A stretch of 64,000 nucleotides of DNA from Alphaproteobacteria bacterium (GCA_021296325.1 JAGWAR010000006.1:33572-97571); one strand, 5' to 3'. Positions 38,442 to 50,249 are shown, counted from the stretch's first letter. Numbers and translations: made by a program. Notes: generated by a model not told the origin, from the letters alone.

Positions 38442-39154
38442 CCCGCCTTTTCACAATTCAGCCCGACCCCCTCGACGCCGCACAGCTGCACGCGCCAAGG
38501 ATGCGCCACGCCGGCCGCCTCCAGCCGCGTTCGCGCCGCCTCGATCTCGGTTTCCTCATAGGGGCCCGCCACCACCCGGTAGTAGCGCTCGCCGTTCAGG
38601 AAGACGCTCACGATATAGGGGGAATGGGCCGCGTAGCGTTCAGCCACCTGCACCGCGTTGGTGCGGAAGCGATAGCTGCCAAGGGCGAGAAAGGTGGCCG
38701 TGACCCCGGGCGCGCCCGGATAGACCCAGCGCCGCTCCGCCGGCATGGGCGGGCCAAGCGCGGCGATTTCTTCCTTCTCCTCCGGCGCTTCCGGCTGCGA
38801 AGGCGACACCGTTTCGACCGGTGGCGTCACGGATTCCTCGGACGCCGCCGGTGTCTCGACAAGGTTGATCGGCGCCGCCGCGCCCTCAAAGGCGCGTGTC
38901 TGTTCCGTCCCTTCCTCCGCGCGGCAGATGCTTTCACCCTGCACGGCCCGGTAAAGGGCGCAATCCTCCTGGGCCGCGAACGAGATAGCGTGATCGGAAA
39001 CGGCGCGCCCGCTCACCGCGTAGGACATGCCGTCCGCGGCCAGGCTCGCCACCGTCACGGCGGGCGGCAGGGCGCACCCGGCGGCCAGGAACGGCAGGGT
39101 CATCGCCGCTGCCATGCCCACCGTTCGGCCGATTCGTTTCGCCATTCCGTCCAT
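38438..39154 (-). CDS. SPOR-domain lipoprotein
   Basis: Lipobox LAAGC; C-terminal LGSY..RTNA..YYRVVAGPY SPOR-like domain; start uncertain. Confidence 0.7.
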   Translation of the reverse strand: MDGMAKRIGRTVGMAAAMTLPFLAAGCALPPAVTVASLAADGMSYAVSGRAVSDHAISFAAQEDCALYRAVQGESICRAEEGTEQTRAFEGAAAPINLVETPAASEESVTPPVETVSPSQPEAPEEKEEIAALGPPMPAERRWVYPGAPGVTATFLALGSYRFRTNAVQVAERYAAHSPYIVSVFLNGERYYRVVAGPYEETEIEAARTRLEAAGVAHPWRVQLCGVEGVGLNCEKAG

Positions 39155-39198
39155 CCGACTCCACCATCGAGGCTGCGCCCAAGCGTAGCGAGTGGCGC

Positions 39199-39213
39199 TT
39201 AACGTCTCGTTAA
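39199..39213. promoter_or_regulatory. CtrA box upstream of the SPOR gene
   Basis: Exact TTAA-CGTCTCG-TTAA (TTAA-N7-TTAA). Confidence 0.65.
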
Positions 39214-39262
39214 GAATTAGCTCTAAGTTCAAGTGAATAAAGATAAAATCCCTGCCGTCCGG

Positions 39263-41044
39263 CTAGGATTTCTTGGGCGGCGGAACGACGCGCAGATGCA
39301 GTTCTGCAAGCCGTTCCTTCGTCACCGGCGCCGGCGCCTGCATCAGGGGGTCCTGGGCGTGCTGGTTCATCGGGAACAGGATGACCTCGCGGATGTTCGG
39401 CTCCCCGGCCAGCAACATGACGATGCGGTCGAGCCCCGGCGCCACGCCCCCATGGGGCGGCGCTCCGAATTTCAGCGCGTTCAGCATGCCGCCGAAGCGC
39501 GATTCGACCTCCTCCTGGGGGTAACCGGCAATGGCGAAGGCCTTGTACATGATTTCCGGCAGGTGGTTCCGGATGGCGCCGCTCGAAAGCTCGACCCCGT
39601 TGCAGACGATGTCATACTGGTAGGCCTTGATGCGAAGGGGGTCCTCCTTCTCCAGCGCCTCCAGCCCCCCTTGCGGCATCGAAAAGGGGTTGTGGCTGAA
39701 CTCGACCTTCCCCGTTTCCTCGTCCAGCTGATAGAGCGGGTAGTCGGTGATCCAGCAGAACCGGAAGGCGCCCTTCTCCAGCAGCGCCAAATCGTGACCG
39801 AGCTTGTCCCGGACGACGCCGGCGAACTTGGCCGAGGCCGCCCTCGAATCGCAAACGAAGAAAAGGGCATCGCCATCCTTGACGCCGGCCGTCTCGCGTA
39901 AAATTTCAAGGCGCGCCGCATCCAGGAACTTGGCGATCGGCCCCTTCGCCGCTCCTTCCTCGAACACGATGTAGCCAAGGCCCGCCGCGCCCTCTTCCCG
40001 TGCCCATTCGTTCAGCTTGTCGAAGAAGCTGCGCGGCCGCGAAGCGGTGTCGGGGCCGGGGATGGCGCGCACGACGCTGCCCTTCGCGATGGCGCCGGCG
40101 AAAATCTTGAAGTCCGAGCCCTGAAAGGCCTCCGTCACGTCGAAGACGCGCAACGGGTTGCGCAAATCTGGCTTGTCCGTGCCGAAACGCTCAATCGCCT
40201 CCTCATAGGGGATCTGCGGAAACGGCAGCGGGGTCACCGAACGGCCATCGGCGAATTCCTCGAACAGGTCATGCAGCACCGGCGCAACGGCCTCGAAGAC
40301 GTCCTCCTGGGTCACGAAGGACATCTCGATGTCGAGCTGGTAGAACTCGCCGGGCGATCGGTCGGCGCGTGCGTCCTCGTCACGAAAGCAGGGCGCGATC
40401 TGAAAGTAACGGTCGAACCCGGCCACCATCAGAAGCTGCTTGTATTGCTGGGGCGCCTGGGGAAGCGCATAGAAACAACCCGGATGAAGCCGGCTTGGCA
40501 CCAGATAGTCGCGCGCGCCCTCCGGCGAGCTTGACGTCAGGATCGGCGTCTGGAATTCCGTGAAGCCGGCTTCCGTCATGCGGCGGCGCAGGCTGGTGAC
40601 GATCGCCGTGCGAAGCAGCATGTTCGCGTGCACCTTTTCCCGGCGCAGGTCGAGGAAACGGTATTTGAGGCGCGTCTCTTCGGGGTAATCCATCTCGCTG
40701 TTAACCTGCAGCGGCAGCATGTCAGCCATTGCCTGAACGGTGACGTCCTCGATGCGGACCTCGACGTCACCGGTGGGCAGTTCCGGGTTCACCGTATCTT
40801 CGGTGCGCGCCACAACCTTGCCGGTGACGGTGATGACGCTTTCCACACGCGCCTCCTCGGCGATCCGAAAGATCGGGCTCGTCGTCTCGATGACGCATTG
40901 GGAAAGCCCGTAATTGTCGCGCAGGTCGATAAAAAGCAGGCTGCCATGGTCGCGCTTGCGGTGGATCCAGCCGGAAAGCCGGACCGTCTCGCCCACATGG
41001 GAGGGCCGCAGATCGTTGCAGGTATGGGTTCGGTATGGGTGCAT
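39263..41044 (-). CDS. aspS: Aspartate--tRNA(Asp/Asn) ligase
   Basis: [29 protein letters not shown]. Confidence 0.96.
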   Translation of the reverse strand: MHPYRTHTCNDLRPSHVGETVRLSGWIHRKRDHGSLLFIDLRDNYGLSQCVIETTSPIFRIAEEARVESVITVTGKVVARTEDTVNPELPTGDVEVRIEDVTVQAMADMLPLQVNSEMDYPEETRLKYRFLDLRREKVHANMLLRTAIVTSLRRRMTEAGFTEFQTPILTSSSPEGARDYLVPSRLHPGCFYALPQAPQQYKQLLMVAGFDRYFQIAPCFRDEDARADRSPGEFYQLDIEMSFVTQEDVFEAVAPVLHDLFEEFADGRSVTPLPFPQIPYEEAIERFGTDKPDLRNPLRVFDVTEAFQGSDFKIFAGAIAKGSVVRAIPGPDTASRPRSFFDKLNEWAREEGAAGLGYIVFEEGAAKGPIAKFLDAARLEILRETAGVKDGDALFFVCDSRAASAKFAGVVRDKLGHDLALLEKGAFRFCWITDYPLYQLDEETGKVEFSHNPFSMPQGGLEALEKEDPLRIKAYQYDIVCNGVELSSGAIRNHLPEIMYKAFAIAGYPQEEVESRFGGMLNALKFGAPPHGGVAPGLDRIVMLLAGEPNIREVILFPMNQHAQDPLMQAPAPVTKERLAELHLRVVPPPKKS

Positions 41045-41227
41045 CATCCTCCGTCTCCGGTGCCGGAGACTATACCATCGGCAAGTTTTCGGCGCTTCCC
41101 GCGAACCCGGCCGCGACGGCGGGAACAGCGCATAAAACAATCTAGCTTGTCAAGGCGTCTCGATCACCCTTGACGACGGCAAGGGACTCCGCTTTCGCCG
41201 ATACCCGTTTCCGTGTATAGCTCGCCC

Positions 41228-42379
41228 ATGCAGGTGATCACCGACACGGCCTCGCTCTCCAGGCTCTGCAAGCATCTCTCTACGGCCCAATACATCACCG
41301 TCGATACGGAATTCATCCGCGAGAAAACCTACTGGCCCAGGCTCTGTCTCGCCCAGGTGGCCGGTCAGGACGAAGTGGCGGCGATCGACCCCTTGGCGGC
41401 GGGGCTTGAGCTCGACCCGTTCCTCGAGCTGCTGGCCAACAAAAACGTGCTCAAGGTGTTCCACGCCGCCCGTCAGGACGTCGAAATTTTCTACCATCTG
41501 AACGGGACCATCCCCAACCCGCTGTTCGATACCCAGATCGCGGCGATGGCCTGCGGTTTCGGCGATTCGATCGCCTACGAAACCCTCGTCCGGCGATTGG
41601 CGAACGCCCGCATCGACAAGGCGCAACGCTTCACGGATTGGTCGCACCGCCCCCTGACCAAGAAGCAGCTCGAATATGCGCTCGCCGACGTCACCCATCT
41701 GCGCATCGTCTATGAAAAGCTCCACGCCAAGCTGAAAGCGACGAAACGGATGGGCTGGCTGGAAAGCGAGATGACCATCCTCACGGACCCCGCCACCTAC
41801 TGCTCCGAGCCGGAAGATGCGTGGCGCCGGCTGAAGACACGGAACGCCAACCGGCGCTTCCTCGGCACCGTCCGCGAAATCGCCGCCCTGCGGGAAAGGA
41901 TGGCCCAGGAACAGGACGTACCGCGCAACCGGGTCCTGCGCGACGACGCCATCCTCGAAATCGCCGCCCAGCAGCCGGAAGACCAGGACGATCTCCGCCG
42001 CTGCCGGGGGATCGGCAAGGCGGCCGAAAACCGTCTCGGCGAAGCCATTCTCGCCGCCGTCAAGACCGCCCGCGGCCTGCCCGAGGCGGCGCTGCCGCCC
42101 CAGCCAAAAACGCCGGGCAAGCCCGGCGGCATCGGCCCGACGGTCGATCTTCTGAAGGTGCTGCTCAAGATGAAATGCGAGGAGCACTCCGTCGCCCAGA
42201 AGCTCATCGCCACCAGCGAGGAGATCGAGCGGATCGCCGCCGACGACGAGGCCGACGTGCCGGCCCTGCGCGGCTGGCGGCGGGAGGTCTTCGGCGCCGC
42301 GGCGCTCGACCTGAAACACGGAAAGATCGCGCTGGCCATCGAGAAGGGGCAGGTGCGCCTCACCCCTGCGAAGGGCTAG
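41228..42379 (+). CDS. rnd: Ribonuclease D
   Basis: VDTEFIREKTYWP, FDTQIAA, DWSHRPL, YALADV, HRDC domain. Confidence 0.93.
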   Translation: MQVITDTASLSRLCKHLSTAQYITVDTEFIREKTYWPRLCLAQVAGQDEVAAIDPLAAGLELDPFLELLANKNVLKVFHAARQDVEIFYHLNGTIPNPLFDTQIAAMACGFGDSIAYETLVRRLANARIDKAQRFTDWSHRPLTKKQLEYALADVTHLRIVYEKLHAKLKATKRMGWLESEMTILTDPATYCSEPEDAWRRLKTRNANRRFLGTVREIAALRERMAQEQDVPRNRVLRDDAILEIAAQQPEDQDDLRRCRGIGKAAENRLGEAILAAVKTARGLPEAALPPQPKTPGKPGGIGPTVDLLKVLLKMKCEEHSVAQKLIATSEEIERIAADDEADVPALRGWRREVFGAAALDLKHGKIALAIEKGQVRLTPAKG

Positions 42380-43047
42380 TTCTCGCCTCCCAGAACCTCG
42401 CGAACGAACGGCACGGTGACACGGCGCCGGCGCGCCAGGGCTTCCTGGTCAAGCGCCTCGACGGTGGCGCGCGCCGTAGCGAAGGAGCGCTCGATCCGGC
42501 TTAAGAGATAGGCGATCACCTCTTCCCCGACGCCGATCTGGCGATCGTTGAAAAGCTTGACCAGCACGGCGGCAAAGAGCCGGTCATCGGGAGGGCCCAT
42601 GCGCACGGCCGGCAGCGCCACCAGGCGCGAGCGCAAATCCGCCAGCGCGATGGTCCAGCGCGCCGGCGCCTCCCGCTCCGTCAGAAGCAGATGCCCCTTC
42701 CGTTCGGCCAGCACGTTGTAAAGGTGAAACAGCGCGCTTTCGTCACAGCCCGCGCCCGCCCCTTCGACGATGCAGGCCTTCGCCTCCTTCAGGATTTCGC
42801 GGGGCTCGACCCCGCCAAGCGCTTTCGCCTCCACCAGCGGCGCACCGCTTTTCGCCTGCCAGACATGGGCCAGATGCGTCTTGCCGCACCCCGCCGGCCC
42901 GCACAGCACCAGGCCCTGCCCCGGCCAATCCGGCCAGCGGTCGATCCAGGCGACGGCCGCCTCGTTCGAAGGCGCGATCAGGAAATCCTCGTCCCCGAAG
43001 GCCGTGCGGTGGCCAAGGTCGAGCGGAAGCTGCAGGGCACCGGTCAC
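42376..43047 (-). CDS. hda: DnaA regulatory inactivator HdaA
   Basis: QLPLDL clamp-binding motif, GPAGCGKT, DLRSRL. Confidence 0.85.
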   Translation of the reverse strand: MTGALQLPLDLGHRTAFGDEDFLIAPSNEAAVAWIDRWPDWPGQGLVLCGPAGCGKTHLAHVWQAKSGAPLVEAKALGGVEPREILKEAKACIVEGAGAGCDESALFHLYNVLAERKGHLLLTEREAPARWTIALADLRSRLVALPAVRMGPPDDRLFAAVLVKLFNDRQIGVGEEVIAYLLSRIERSFATARATVEALDQEALARRRRVTVPFVREVLGGEN

Positions 43048-44096
43048 GATCTGCCCGAATAGTAGTCGCTCGCCAGGTAGCGTTCGATCCCGAACCGGGC
43101 CATGACCCCGATGACCGCCGCGACCGGCACCGCCAGCAACAGCCCCAGGAAACCGCCGACGGCGGCCCCGGCAAACAGCGCGAAGATAACCCAGACCGGG
43201 TGCAGCCCGACCCGTTCGCCGACCAGCTTCGGCGTCACGAAGTTTCCCTCGATCACCTGCCCGGCGAGAAAGATGCCGCCGACGATCGCCACCGGCAGCC
43301 AGTCCGAGAACTGGAGCAGTGCCAGCGTCATGCCGATGGCAAACCCGATCAGCATGCCAAAATAGGGAATGAACGAAAGCAATCCCGTTCCCAAACCGAC
43401 GATCAGTCCGAAATCAAGACCGGCCAGCGTCAACCCGATGCCGTAGAAAAGTCCCAGCAGGACGCAAACCGTTGCCTGGCCACGGATGAAGCCGGCTAGC
43501 GTACGGTCGATTTCCCGAAGCTGCGCCCGGATGACGCCGGCCTGCGCCTGCGGCAGCCAGCCGTTCACCCGCGCCACGATCCGGTCCCAGTCGCGCAGCA
43601 GATAGAAGATGACGATCGGCGTCACCAACAGCAGCGAGATCAGGTTGAAAATCGCGACCCCGCCACTGAACAGGCTGCCGGCAAGGCTGCCCACCAGGCC
43701 CAGCACCTTGCCCGCCTCGGCGCCGGCCGCAGCTTCCAGCTTGCCCACCATCTCCGGCGAAAGGCCCGCGAACAGATTGGTCAGGTACGGCACCAGCGTC
43801 TCGCGGATTTCCTGCAAATAACCCGGGACACGTTCGGCAAAGGTCGCAATCTGGTTTTCCAGAACCGGCCAGAACAACAGGAAGAAGACAAGGATGAGCA
43901 CGTAGAAGCCGAACATGGCCAGAATCGCCGCCAGCGTCCGCGAACGCACCAGTGCCTCGAGGCGGTCGGCCACCGGGTCGAGAAAATAGGCGACGCCCAG
44001 CCCCACCACGAAAGGCAGCAGGATATCCCGGAAGAGAAAGAGAAATGCGAGGACAAGAAGGGTCGCAACGCCCCAGAACCGAAGCGATCTGGCCAT
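43044..44096 (-). CDS. AI-2E/PerM family transporter
   Basis: FIRGQ, FIPYFG, PKLVGERVGLHP. Confidence 0.88.
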   Translation of the reverse strand: MARSLRFWGVATLLVLAFLFLFRDILLPFVVGLGVAYFLDPVADRLEALVRSRTLAAILAMFGFYVLILVFFLLFWPVLENQIATFAERVPGYLQEIRETLVPYLTNLFAGLSPEMVGKLEAAAGAEAGKVLGLVGSLAGSLFSGGVAIFNLISLLLVTPIVIFYLLRDWDRIVARVNGWLPQAQAGVIRAQLREIDRTLAGFIRGQATVCVLLGLFYGIGLTLAGLDFGLIVGLGTGLLSFIPYFGMLIGFAIGMTLALLQFSDWLPVAIVGGIFLAGQVIEGNFVTPKLVGERVGLHPVWVIFALFAGAAVGGFLGLLLAVPVAAVIGVMARFGIERYLASDYYSGRS

Positions 44097-44102
44097 TGGA
44101 TT

Positions 44103-44654
44103 CTACTCCTCCGATTCGGCCGCGCGCTGCGACCAGACGACAAGATAACACCCGCCCGAAAACAGGATCGACACCGCGACGAAATAGATAAGAAGTTCCG
44201 TCAAGGCAGCGACGGGAAGTTCAAGCCCGAGCCCGGCCAGAACGAACCCCGCCAGAAGAATCTGCGCCAGCGTGTTGAGCTTGCCGCTCAACAGCGGCTG
44301 CATCCGCAACTGGTTGGTCAGGCCCTGGAACACCATGGCGCCGCCGACGATGACCGCGTCCCGGAAAACGGCCAGCGTCACCAGCCACATCGGCAGATGT
44401 CCCTCCAGGCCGAGCACAATATAGACCCCCATCAACAGCGCCTTGTCCGCAATCGGATCGAGATAGGCGCCAAGGGTCGTGCGGGAATTCAACCGCTTGG
44501 CAATGAAGCCGTCGACGCCGTCCGAAAAGCTCGCCACGAGAAAAAGCCAGAAGGCGGTGGTGAAGGCCTGCTCCAGCAGCAGCCACAGCGTCAACGGCAC
44601 GGCAAGCAGTCGGAACAGACTAATGACGTTGGGGATGGTGGCCACGCCGTTCAT
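44103..44654 (-). CDS. CDP-alcohol phosphatidyltransferase
   Basis: PNVISLFR; SDGVDGFIAK...GAYLDPIADK. Confidence 0.88.
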   Translation of the reverse strand: MNGVATIPNVISLFRLLAVPLTLWLLLEQAFTTAFWLFLVASFSDGVDGFIAKRLNSRTTLGAYLDPIADKALLMGVYIVLGLEGHLPMWLVTLAVFRDAVIVGGAMVFQGLTNQLRMQPLLSGKLNTLAQILLAGFVLAGLGLELPVAALTELLIYFVAVSILFSGGCYLVVWSQRAAESEE

Positions 44655-44676
44655 GATCGGATTTTCCCGCGTTCCT

Positions 44677-45819
44677 TCACGGCGCGCCCGGCGCGCTTTC
44701 CGCGCCTTCCCCCAGCTTCAGGACAAGCGCCTGCCCACCCTGATAGGGCTGGAAGGAAAGGACGAGATCGCTTTGCAGAAGCGCCCGCTGTAGCTGCATG
44801 CCACCCCCCTGGAACCTGAGCCGGACCCGCGCCTCTTCGCGGGAAAGGTAGACGAGCCGGCTTTCGAGGACGGAGGGGATGCGCTCCAGGCGCTTTTCGA
44901 TTTTTAGCCAATCCTCCAGTCCCCGCAACGGGATAACCACCGTTACCTCGCCCTCATCCCCCGACTGCAGGAGATTGTCAAGTTTCCAGCTTTCCTCGAT
45001 GCGGTGCAGGGTCTGCTCGACCGCCTGGCGCAGCAGCTCCTTTATGGATTCGCCGCCGGTCCCCACGAAACTCGCCACGTATACGTCGCCCCAGGCACCG
45101 GCGCCATAGCGGCTCAGGCTCAAATAGACGGCCGGCAGGTTGAAGATGGTGTCCGTCGTCGAACGGACCTGGGCGACGAGGGTGGCCGTTGCCTCGTAGC
45201 GCTTCGAAATCGTGGCCAGGCGGTCCTGATCGCCAAGGGCGGCCTGCGCCGCGTCGATGGCGGTAACGTCCTCAAGGTCGCCAAGCGGAAGCACGAATGG
45301 CACCAACCCGTCGCGTGGCGTTTGCGCCACCCATGTCTCGCGCCAGGGATTCGGGTCGCGCCATAACATGCGCTCCTCGCCGGAATCGAAAACCGGCAGC
45401 ACCAGCACCGGCTTGCTGCGGGTCGTCGCATAGGGAATTTCATGCAACTGAAGCAGGTTCAGGAATGCCTCGCCCTTGAAATGAACCGTCAGCTTGGCGA
45501 GGTAGCGAATCCCGGACGTCTTTTCGTCGCGCACCTCGAAGGACCGTACCAGATTGGCGACGTCGTCCGGTTTGACTTCCGGCAGGCGAATACGGTCCTG
45601 GCGCAGCGTCAGCCGATTGAACAGACGCAGGAAGGCCTCGTACTGGCCCTCGGCAAGGGCCACCTTGCGCGCCTCGTCGGCGGTACGGGCCGTGGCGTCG
45701 ACGGCCACGTCTTCCACGGTAAAGACATCCGCCGAGGCGGTGTGCGCCGTGACGGAAAAACCAAGCGCGACGGCGACCGCGAAAGCGGCCGCAAGGCGCC
45801 GAGTCGGACAAAGGGCCAT
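44677..45819 (-). CDS. DUF2066 family exported protein
   Basis: Signal peptide; VDATA..AR..A, NPWRETW, PLGDLED; conserved position divergent from purM. Confidence 0.75.
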   Translation of the reverse strand: MALCPTRRLAAAFAVAVALGFSVTAHTASADVFTVEDVAVDATARTADEARKVALAEGQYEAFLRLFNRLTLRQDRIRLPEVKPDDVANLVRSFEVRDEKTSGIRYLAKLTVHFKGEAFLNLLQLHEIPYATTRSKPVLVLPVFDSGEERMLWRDPNPWRETWVAQTPRDGLVPFVLPLGDLEDVTAIDAAQAALGDQDRLATISKRYEATATLVAQVRSTTDTIFNLPAVYLSLSRYGAGAWGDVYVASFVGTGGESIKELLRQAVEQTLHRIEESWKLDNLLQSGDEGEVTVVIPLRGLEDWLKIEKRLERIPSVLESRLVYLSREEARVRLRFQGGGMQLQRALLQSDLVLSFQPYQGGQALVLKLGEGAESAPGAP

Positions 45820-45903
45820 TGCAAACCGTCGGCGATCAAGTATCTTCAGCGTCACAAGGCATGCTCAATTTCACCTACTATTACTATCACGGGCGGAACG
45901 GCC

Positions 45904-46968
45904 ATTAACAGCCGCACGTATAAAGGGGCAGGTGTCGATATCGAGGCCGGTGCGGCCCTCGTCGAAGCGATCAAACCGCTTGCCGGCGAAACCGCCCGGA
46001 AGGGAATCCTCGGTGGCCTGGGTGGATTTGGCGGCCTTTTCGACCTGAAGGCCGCCGGCTTTTGCGACCCCCTCCTCGTCGCGGCGACGGACGGGGTGGG
46101 CACGAAGCTCCGCATTGCCATCGCCAGCGGACACCACGAAACGATCGGGATTGACCTTGTCGCGATGTGCGTGAACGACATCGTCGTTCAGGGCGCCCAG
46201 CCGCTTTTCTTTCTCGATTATTTCGCCACCGGTCGCCTCGACGTCGAAACCGCGAAACGCGTGCTCGGCGGCATCGCGAAAGGCTGCACCGAGGCGGGCT
46301 GCGCGCTGATCGGCGGCGAGACCGCCGAGATGCCCGACATGTACGGCGAGGCCGATTACGACCTTGCCGGCTTTGCCGTCGGCGCCGTCGAACGGCCTCG
46401 CCTGATCACCGGCGAGACGGTAGCGGCCGGCGACGTCGTGCTCGGCCTGCAATCGAACGGGTTGCATTCGAACGGCTTCTCTCTCGTCCGCCAGATCGTC
46501 GCGGATGCAAAACTTGCCTTCGGCGACGCCTGCCCCTTCGACGAAAGCCGAAGCCTCGGCGAAGCCCTGCTGCAACCGACCCGGATCTACGTGAAAAGCG
46601 TGCTGGACGCGCTCGACAACGGAAAGATAAAGGCGCTTGCCCATATCACCGGCGGCGGATTGGTCGAAAACATCCCGCGCGTCCTGCCCGCAGGCCTCAC
46701 CGCCGACATCGACGCCACCGCCTGGCCCTACCCGGCCCTGTTCCGCTGGCTGGCCAAAACGGGCGGGGTGCCGACCGCCGAAATGGCGCGCACGTTCAAC
46801 TGCGGGATCGGCATGGTGGCGATCGTCGCGCCGGAAGGCGCCGACGCGGTGGCCGCCCGGCTTCGGGAAGGCGGCGAGATCGTCCACGCAATCGGTCGCA
46901 TCGCCAAGGGCCGGGACGGGCCGGCAACCGTCCGGCTGAAAGGGATTGAAACGGCATGGATCGGGTAA
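45904..46968 (+). CDS. purM: Phosphoribosylformylglycinamidine cyclo-ligase (apparent ATT start)
   Basis: [44 protein letters not shown]. Confidence 0.92.
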   Translation: MNSRTYKGAGVDIEAGAALVEAIKPLAGETARKGILGGLGGFGGLFDLKAAGFCDPLLVAATDGVGTKLRIAIASGHHETIGIDLVAMCVNDIVVQGAQPLFFLDYFATGRLDVETAKRVLGGIAKGCTEAGCALIGGETAEMPDMYGEADYDLAGFAVGAVERPRLITGETVAAGDVVLGLQSNGLHSNGFSLVRQIVADAKLAFGDACPFDESRSLGEALLQPTRIYVKSVLDALDNGKIKALAHITGGGLVENIPRVLPAGLTADIDATAWPYPALFRWLAKTGGVPTAEMARTFNCGIGMVAIVAPEGADAVAARLREGGEIVHAIGRIAKGRDGPATVRLKGIETAWIG

Positions 46969-47615
46969 GGGTCGGCGTCCTCATCTCCGGGCGCGGCAGC
47001 AATCTCGAGGCCCTGATGGCGGCTGCCAGGGCCCCCGACTACCCGGCCGAGATCGTGCTCGTCATCTCGAACGTCGCCGGGGCCAAGGGACTCGACCTTG
47101 CCACGCGCGCCGGCATCCCGACCCGGGTGATCTCCCACAAGGACTTCCCGGACCGCGCCGCCTTCGACGCGGCCCTCGACACGGCCCTGCGGGAAGCCGG
47201 TGCCACGCTCGTCTGCCTGGCCGGCTTCATGCGCCTGCTTGGCGAAAAATTCGCCGAGGACTGGCGGGACCGGGTCCTCAACATTCACCCCTCGCTGCTG
47301 CCCGCTTTTCCCGGCCTCGATACCCACCGCAAGGTGCTGGAGGCCGGCGTCAAGATCAGCGGCTGCACGGTGCACATTGTGCGCCCGGAACTCGACGACG
47401 GGCCCATTCTCGTCCAGGCGGCGGTGCCCGTCGCCGAGGGCGACACGCCCGAGTCGCTGGCGGCACGCATCCTCGAGTTGGAACCTCAATGCTACCCGCT
47501 GGCGCTTCGCCTGCTGGCTTCCGGCCAGGTCCGCATCCAGGGCAGGCGGGCAAGCCTTGCGGCCGCGTCTGCCGGAACCGGCCTCGTGAACCCGGCCGGG
47601 CCCAAGCGGCCCTAG
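46956..47615 (+). CDS. purN: Phosphoribosylglycinamide formyltransferase
   Basis: [27 protein letters not shown]. Confidence 0.93.
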   Translation: MDRVRVGVLISGRGSNLEALMAAARAPDYPAEIVLVISNVAGAKGLDLATRAGIPTRVISHKDFPDRAAFDAALDTALREAGATLVCLAGFMRLLGEKFAEDWRDRVLNIHPSLLPAFPGLDTHRKVLEAGVKISGCTVHIVRPELDDGPILVQAAVPVAEGDTPESLAARILELEPQCYPLALRLLASGQVRIQGRRASLAAASAGTGLVNPAGPKRP

Positions 47616-47714
47616 CCTGCGGGCCCATGCCCGAGGGTGTTCCCATAATCGGGATTCTGCGCTATATCAGCGGTCGAACCTGACCGCAGTTTTTCAAGCG
47701 AAGGAGCGGATTTG

Positions 47715-47837
47715 ATGGCCGACGATCATAACCTGCAATCCCACAAGGACACGTGGAGCGGCTTCCTGAAACTGATCTGGGTCTCGGCCGCCTTTACGGC
47801 CATCCTGTTGAGCCTGATGGCCTATTTTCTGGTCTAA
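47715..47837 (+). CDS. aa3-type cytochrome c oxidase subunit IV-like small membrane protein (absent from the ORF track)
   Basis: Manual translation MADDHNLQSHKDTWSGFLKLIWVSAAFTAILLSLMAYFLV; H..TW.GF plus a TM helix; AAGGAG RBS. Confidence 0.7.
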   Translation: MADDHNLQSHKDTWSGFLKLIWVSAAFTAILLSLMAYFLV

Positions 47838-47849
47838 TTTCCCCTACCC

Positions 47850-48272
47850 CTAGCCGACGACTTCATCCTCGCTGAAGAAGAAGGCGATTTCCTTCTCGGC
47901 ATTTTCCAGCGAGTCCGACCCGTGGACGGAATTTGCCTCGATCGATTCGGCGAATTCCTTGCGGATCGTCCCCGGCGCCGCCTCGGCCGGGTTTGTCGCC
48001 CCCATCACCTCGCGATTGCGCGCCACGGCGTTCTCACCTTCAAGAACCTGCACGACGACGGGACCGGACGTCATGAAGGTGCAGAGGTCGTCGAAGAAGG
48101 GACGCTCGGCATGCACCGCGTAAAAGCCTTCCGCCCGCTCCCGCGTCAGCCGAATGCGTTTCTGGGCGACGATGCGAAGTCCTGCCTCTTCAAGCATGGC
48201 GTTGACCCGGCCGGTCAGGTTGCGGCGCGTAGCATCCGGTTTGATGATGGAAAGCGTGCGTTCAATGGCCAT
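47850..48272 (-). CDS. ndk: Nucleoside diphosphate kinase
   Basis: [25 protein letters not shown]. Confidence 0.95.
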   Translation of the reverse strand: MAIERTLSIIKPDATRRNLTGRVNAMLEEAGLRIVAQKRIRLTRERAEGFYAVHAERPFFDDLCTFMTSGPVVVQVLEGENAVARNREVMGATNPAEAAPGTIRKEFAESIEANSVHGSDSLENAEKEIAFFFSEDEVVG

Positions 48273-48277
48273 GCTTC

Positions 48278-48730
48278 TCAGGTCTCCTTCTTTTCCCAGC
48301 CGCCACTCGACGTCTGTTGCCAGTAGATAAGTTCGTGGCCTTCCTCCCGGTAGCGGCGCCACCGCTCGCGCGCGGCGTTAACGGCATCCGGATCCTGGCC
48401 ATTGAAAAGTTCGAGACAGCGCTCGTATTCCCCCATGCGGGCGGACGCCATGTCGTCCGTCAGCACCAGAACGGAAGCCGCGTTCGGGTTCTCGTCCTCG
48501 GTCGTCAGCCACACCGGCTGGTCGGCCGCGTGGCCGTCCTGACGGCTGCCATGGGGCAGGAAGGCATGGGGCGGCGACACCCAGAGGGCAGCGTTCAGCG
48601 CCTCGACCCGCTCCTCGGAACCGGCCAGCACAACGGCCCTCGCCTGATTCGCAAGCACCTTCTCGAGAAGCTGCGTCAGTGCCTGCTCCAGCGTACTTCG
48701 CTCGAGATGGTAGAAGTTGATCGCCGTCAT
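48278..48730 (-). CDS. holC: DNA polymerase III chi subunit
   Basis: FYHL, LW...[13 protein letters not shown]. Confidence 0.9.
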   Translation of the reverse strand: MTAINFYHLERSTLEQALTQLLEKVLANQARAVVLAGSEERVEALNAALWVSPPHAFLPHGSRQDGHAADQPVWLTTEDENPNAASVLVLTDDMASARMGEYERCLELFNGQDPDAVNAARERWRRYREEGHELIYWQQTSSGGWEKKET

Positions 48731-48743
48731 TCTGCGAAGGTGT

Positions 48744-50249
48744 CTACCTTCCTTCGTAATTGTCCGCAACGAAACGATTCAAAAGGCGCACGCCGAATCC
48801 GGTGCCCCCTTTCGGCACGGTCGGTTTCTTCCGGTTCGACCACGTCACGCCGGCGATATCGATATGGGCCCACGGAATGTCTTGGATGTAGCGCTTCACG
48901 AACTGGGCCGCCGTGCTGCTGCCGGCGCCGCGGCCGGAACCGACGTTCTTCATGTCGGCAATGTCGGAGTCGATGTCCTTGTCATAGGCGTCATCCAGCG
49001 GCATCCGCCACAAACGCTCGCCCTCCTGCTCGCCGGCCTTGGCCAGCTTGGCGGCAAGCTTGTCGTCCGTCGAGAAAAGCCCGGCGAACTCCGCTCCCAA
49101 CGCCACGATGATGGCGCCGGTCAGCGTGGCAAGATCGACGATAACTTTCGGCTTGAAGCGATTCTGGCAATACCAGAGCGCGTCCGCCAGCACGAGTCGG
49201 CCTTCCGCGTCCGTGTTGATGACCTCGACCGTCTGGCCGGACATGGAGGTGACGACGTCGCCCGGCCGCTGCGCGGTTCCCGATGGCATGTTCTCGACCA
49301 GCCCGATGACGCCGACGGCGTTTACCCGTGCCTTGCGGGCGGCCAACGCGCGAAGCACGCCCAGTACGACGGCGGACCCGCCCATGTCCCACTTCATGTC
49401 CTCCATATGGGCGGAGGGCTTGATCGAAATGCCGCCGCTGTCGAAGGTGACGCCCTTGCCGACGAAGGCGACCGGAGCCTTGTCCTTGGCCCGTTTGGTG
49501 GCCCCCTGCCAGCGCAGCACGACGAGACGGGGCTTGCGCACGCTGCCCTGGGCGACGCCCAGCAACGCCCCCATGCCGAGCTTGCGCATATCCGCCTCGT
49601 CCAGAACCTCGACCCGGACGCCCAGGCGACGAAGTTTGAGCGCCTCGCGCGCCAGCGTTTCCGGGTAGATGACGTTGGCCGGTTCCGAAACGAGGTCGCG
49701 CGTGAAAAAGACGCCCTCGGCGATCTCCGCCAGCGGCTCGTAGCGCCGTCGCGCCTGGGCAGCGCCCTTCACCTGGAGGGAAAGCTGCTCAAGCGACGGT
49801 TTTCCGTTGGTGTTTTTCTTCTTCCGGTACTTGTCGAAACGGTAACTGCTCAAATAGGCGCCATAGGCGATGCTGGCGGCAATCTCCGGCGCGCGCAGCC
49901 GGCAGCCGGTCGGCCGGTCGACAAGCACGACACCATGCCTTTCCTTCGCCGCATTGACCTGCCCGGCGATCTCCCCGCCGAGATTCTGGCACTCGGTTTC
50001 GGAAAGCCCCTTCGCATCGCCGAGACCGATCAGGACGATCTGGTTCGCCGGAACGTTCTGAGGCGCCACGATCTTCAACGCCTGTTTTCGCTTGCCTTCG
50101 AAATGGCCGCTCTTGATGGCGCGCCGGATGAGGCCGCCGCCTTCCTTGTCGAGACTGGCGGCAGCCGGGCCCAGGCGGTTGCCTTCGGGCACGCCGATGA
50201 CGATGGCGCCGGCCTTGGATGAACGTGACTCGGAAAAATCGATTTTCAT
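48744..50249 (-). CDS. pepA: Leucyl aminopeptidase
   Basis: [25 protein letters not shown]. Confidence 0.95.
   Translation of the reverse strand: MKIDFSESRSSKAGAIVIGVPEGNRLGPAAASLDKEGGGLIRRAIKSGHFEGKRKQALKIVAPQNVPANQIVLIGLGDAKGLSETECQNLGGEIAGQVNAAKERHGVVLVDRPTGCRLRAPEIAASIAYGAYLSSYRFDKYRKKKNTNGKPSLEQLSLQVKGAAQARRRYEPLAEIAEGVFFTRDLVSEPANVIYPETLAREALKLRRLGVRVEVLDEADMRKLGMGALLGVAQGSVRKPRLVVLRWQGATKRAKDKAPVAFVGKGVTFDSGGISIKPSAHMEDMKWDMGGSAVVLGVLRALAARKARVNAVGVIGLVENMPSGTAQRPGDVVTSMSGQTVEVINTDAEGRLVLADALWYCQNRFKPKVIVDLATLTGAIIVALGAEFAGLFSTDDKLAAKLAKAGEQEGERLWRMPLDDAYDKDIDSDIADMKNVGSGRGAGSSTAAQFVKRYIQDIPWAHIDIAGVTWSNRKKPTVPKGGTGFGVRLLNRFVADNYEGR

Noticed and set aside
45442-45903. Long N-terminal extension of the purM ORF
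   Set aside because: Overlaps the divergent DUF2066 gene and has no PurM similarity.
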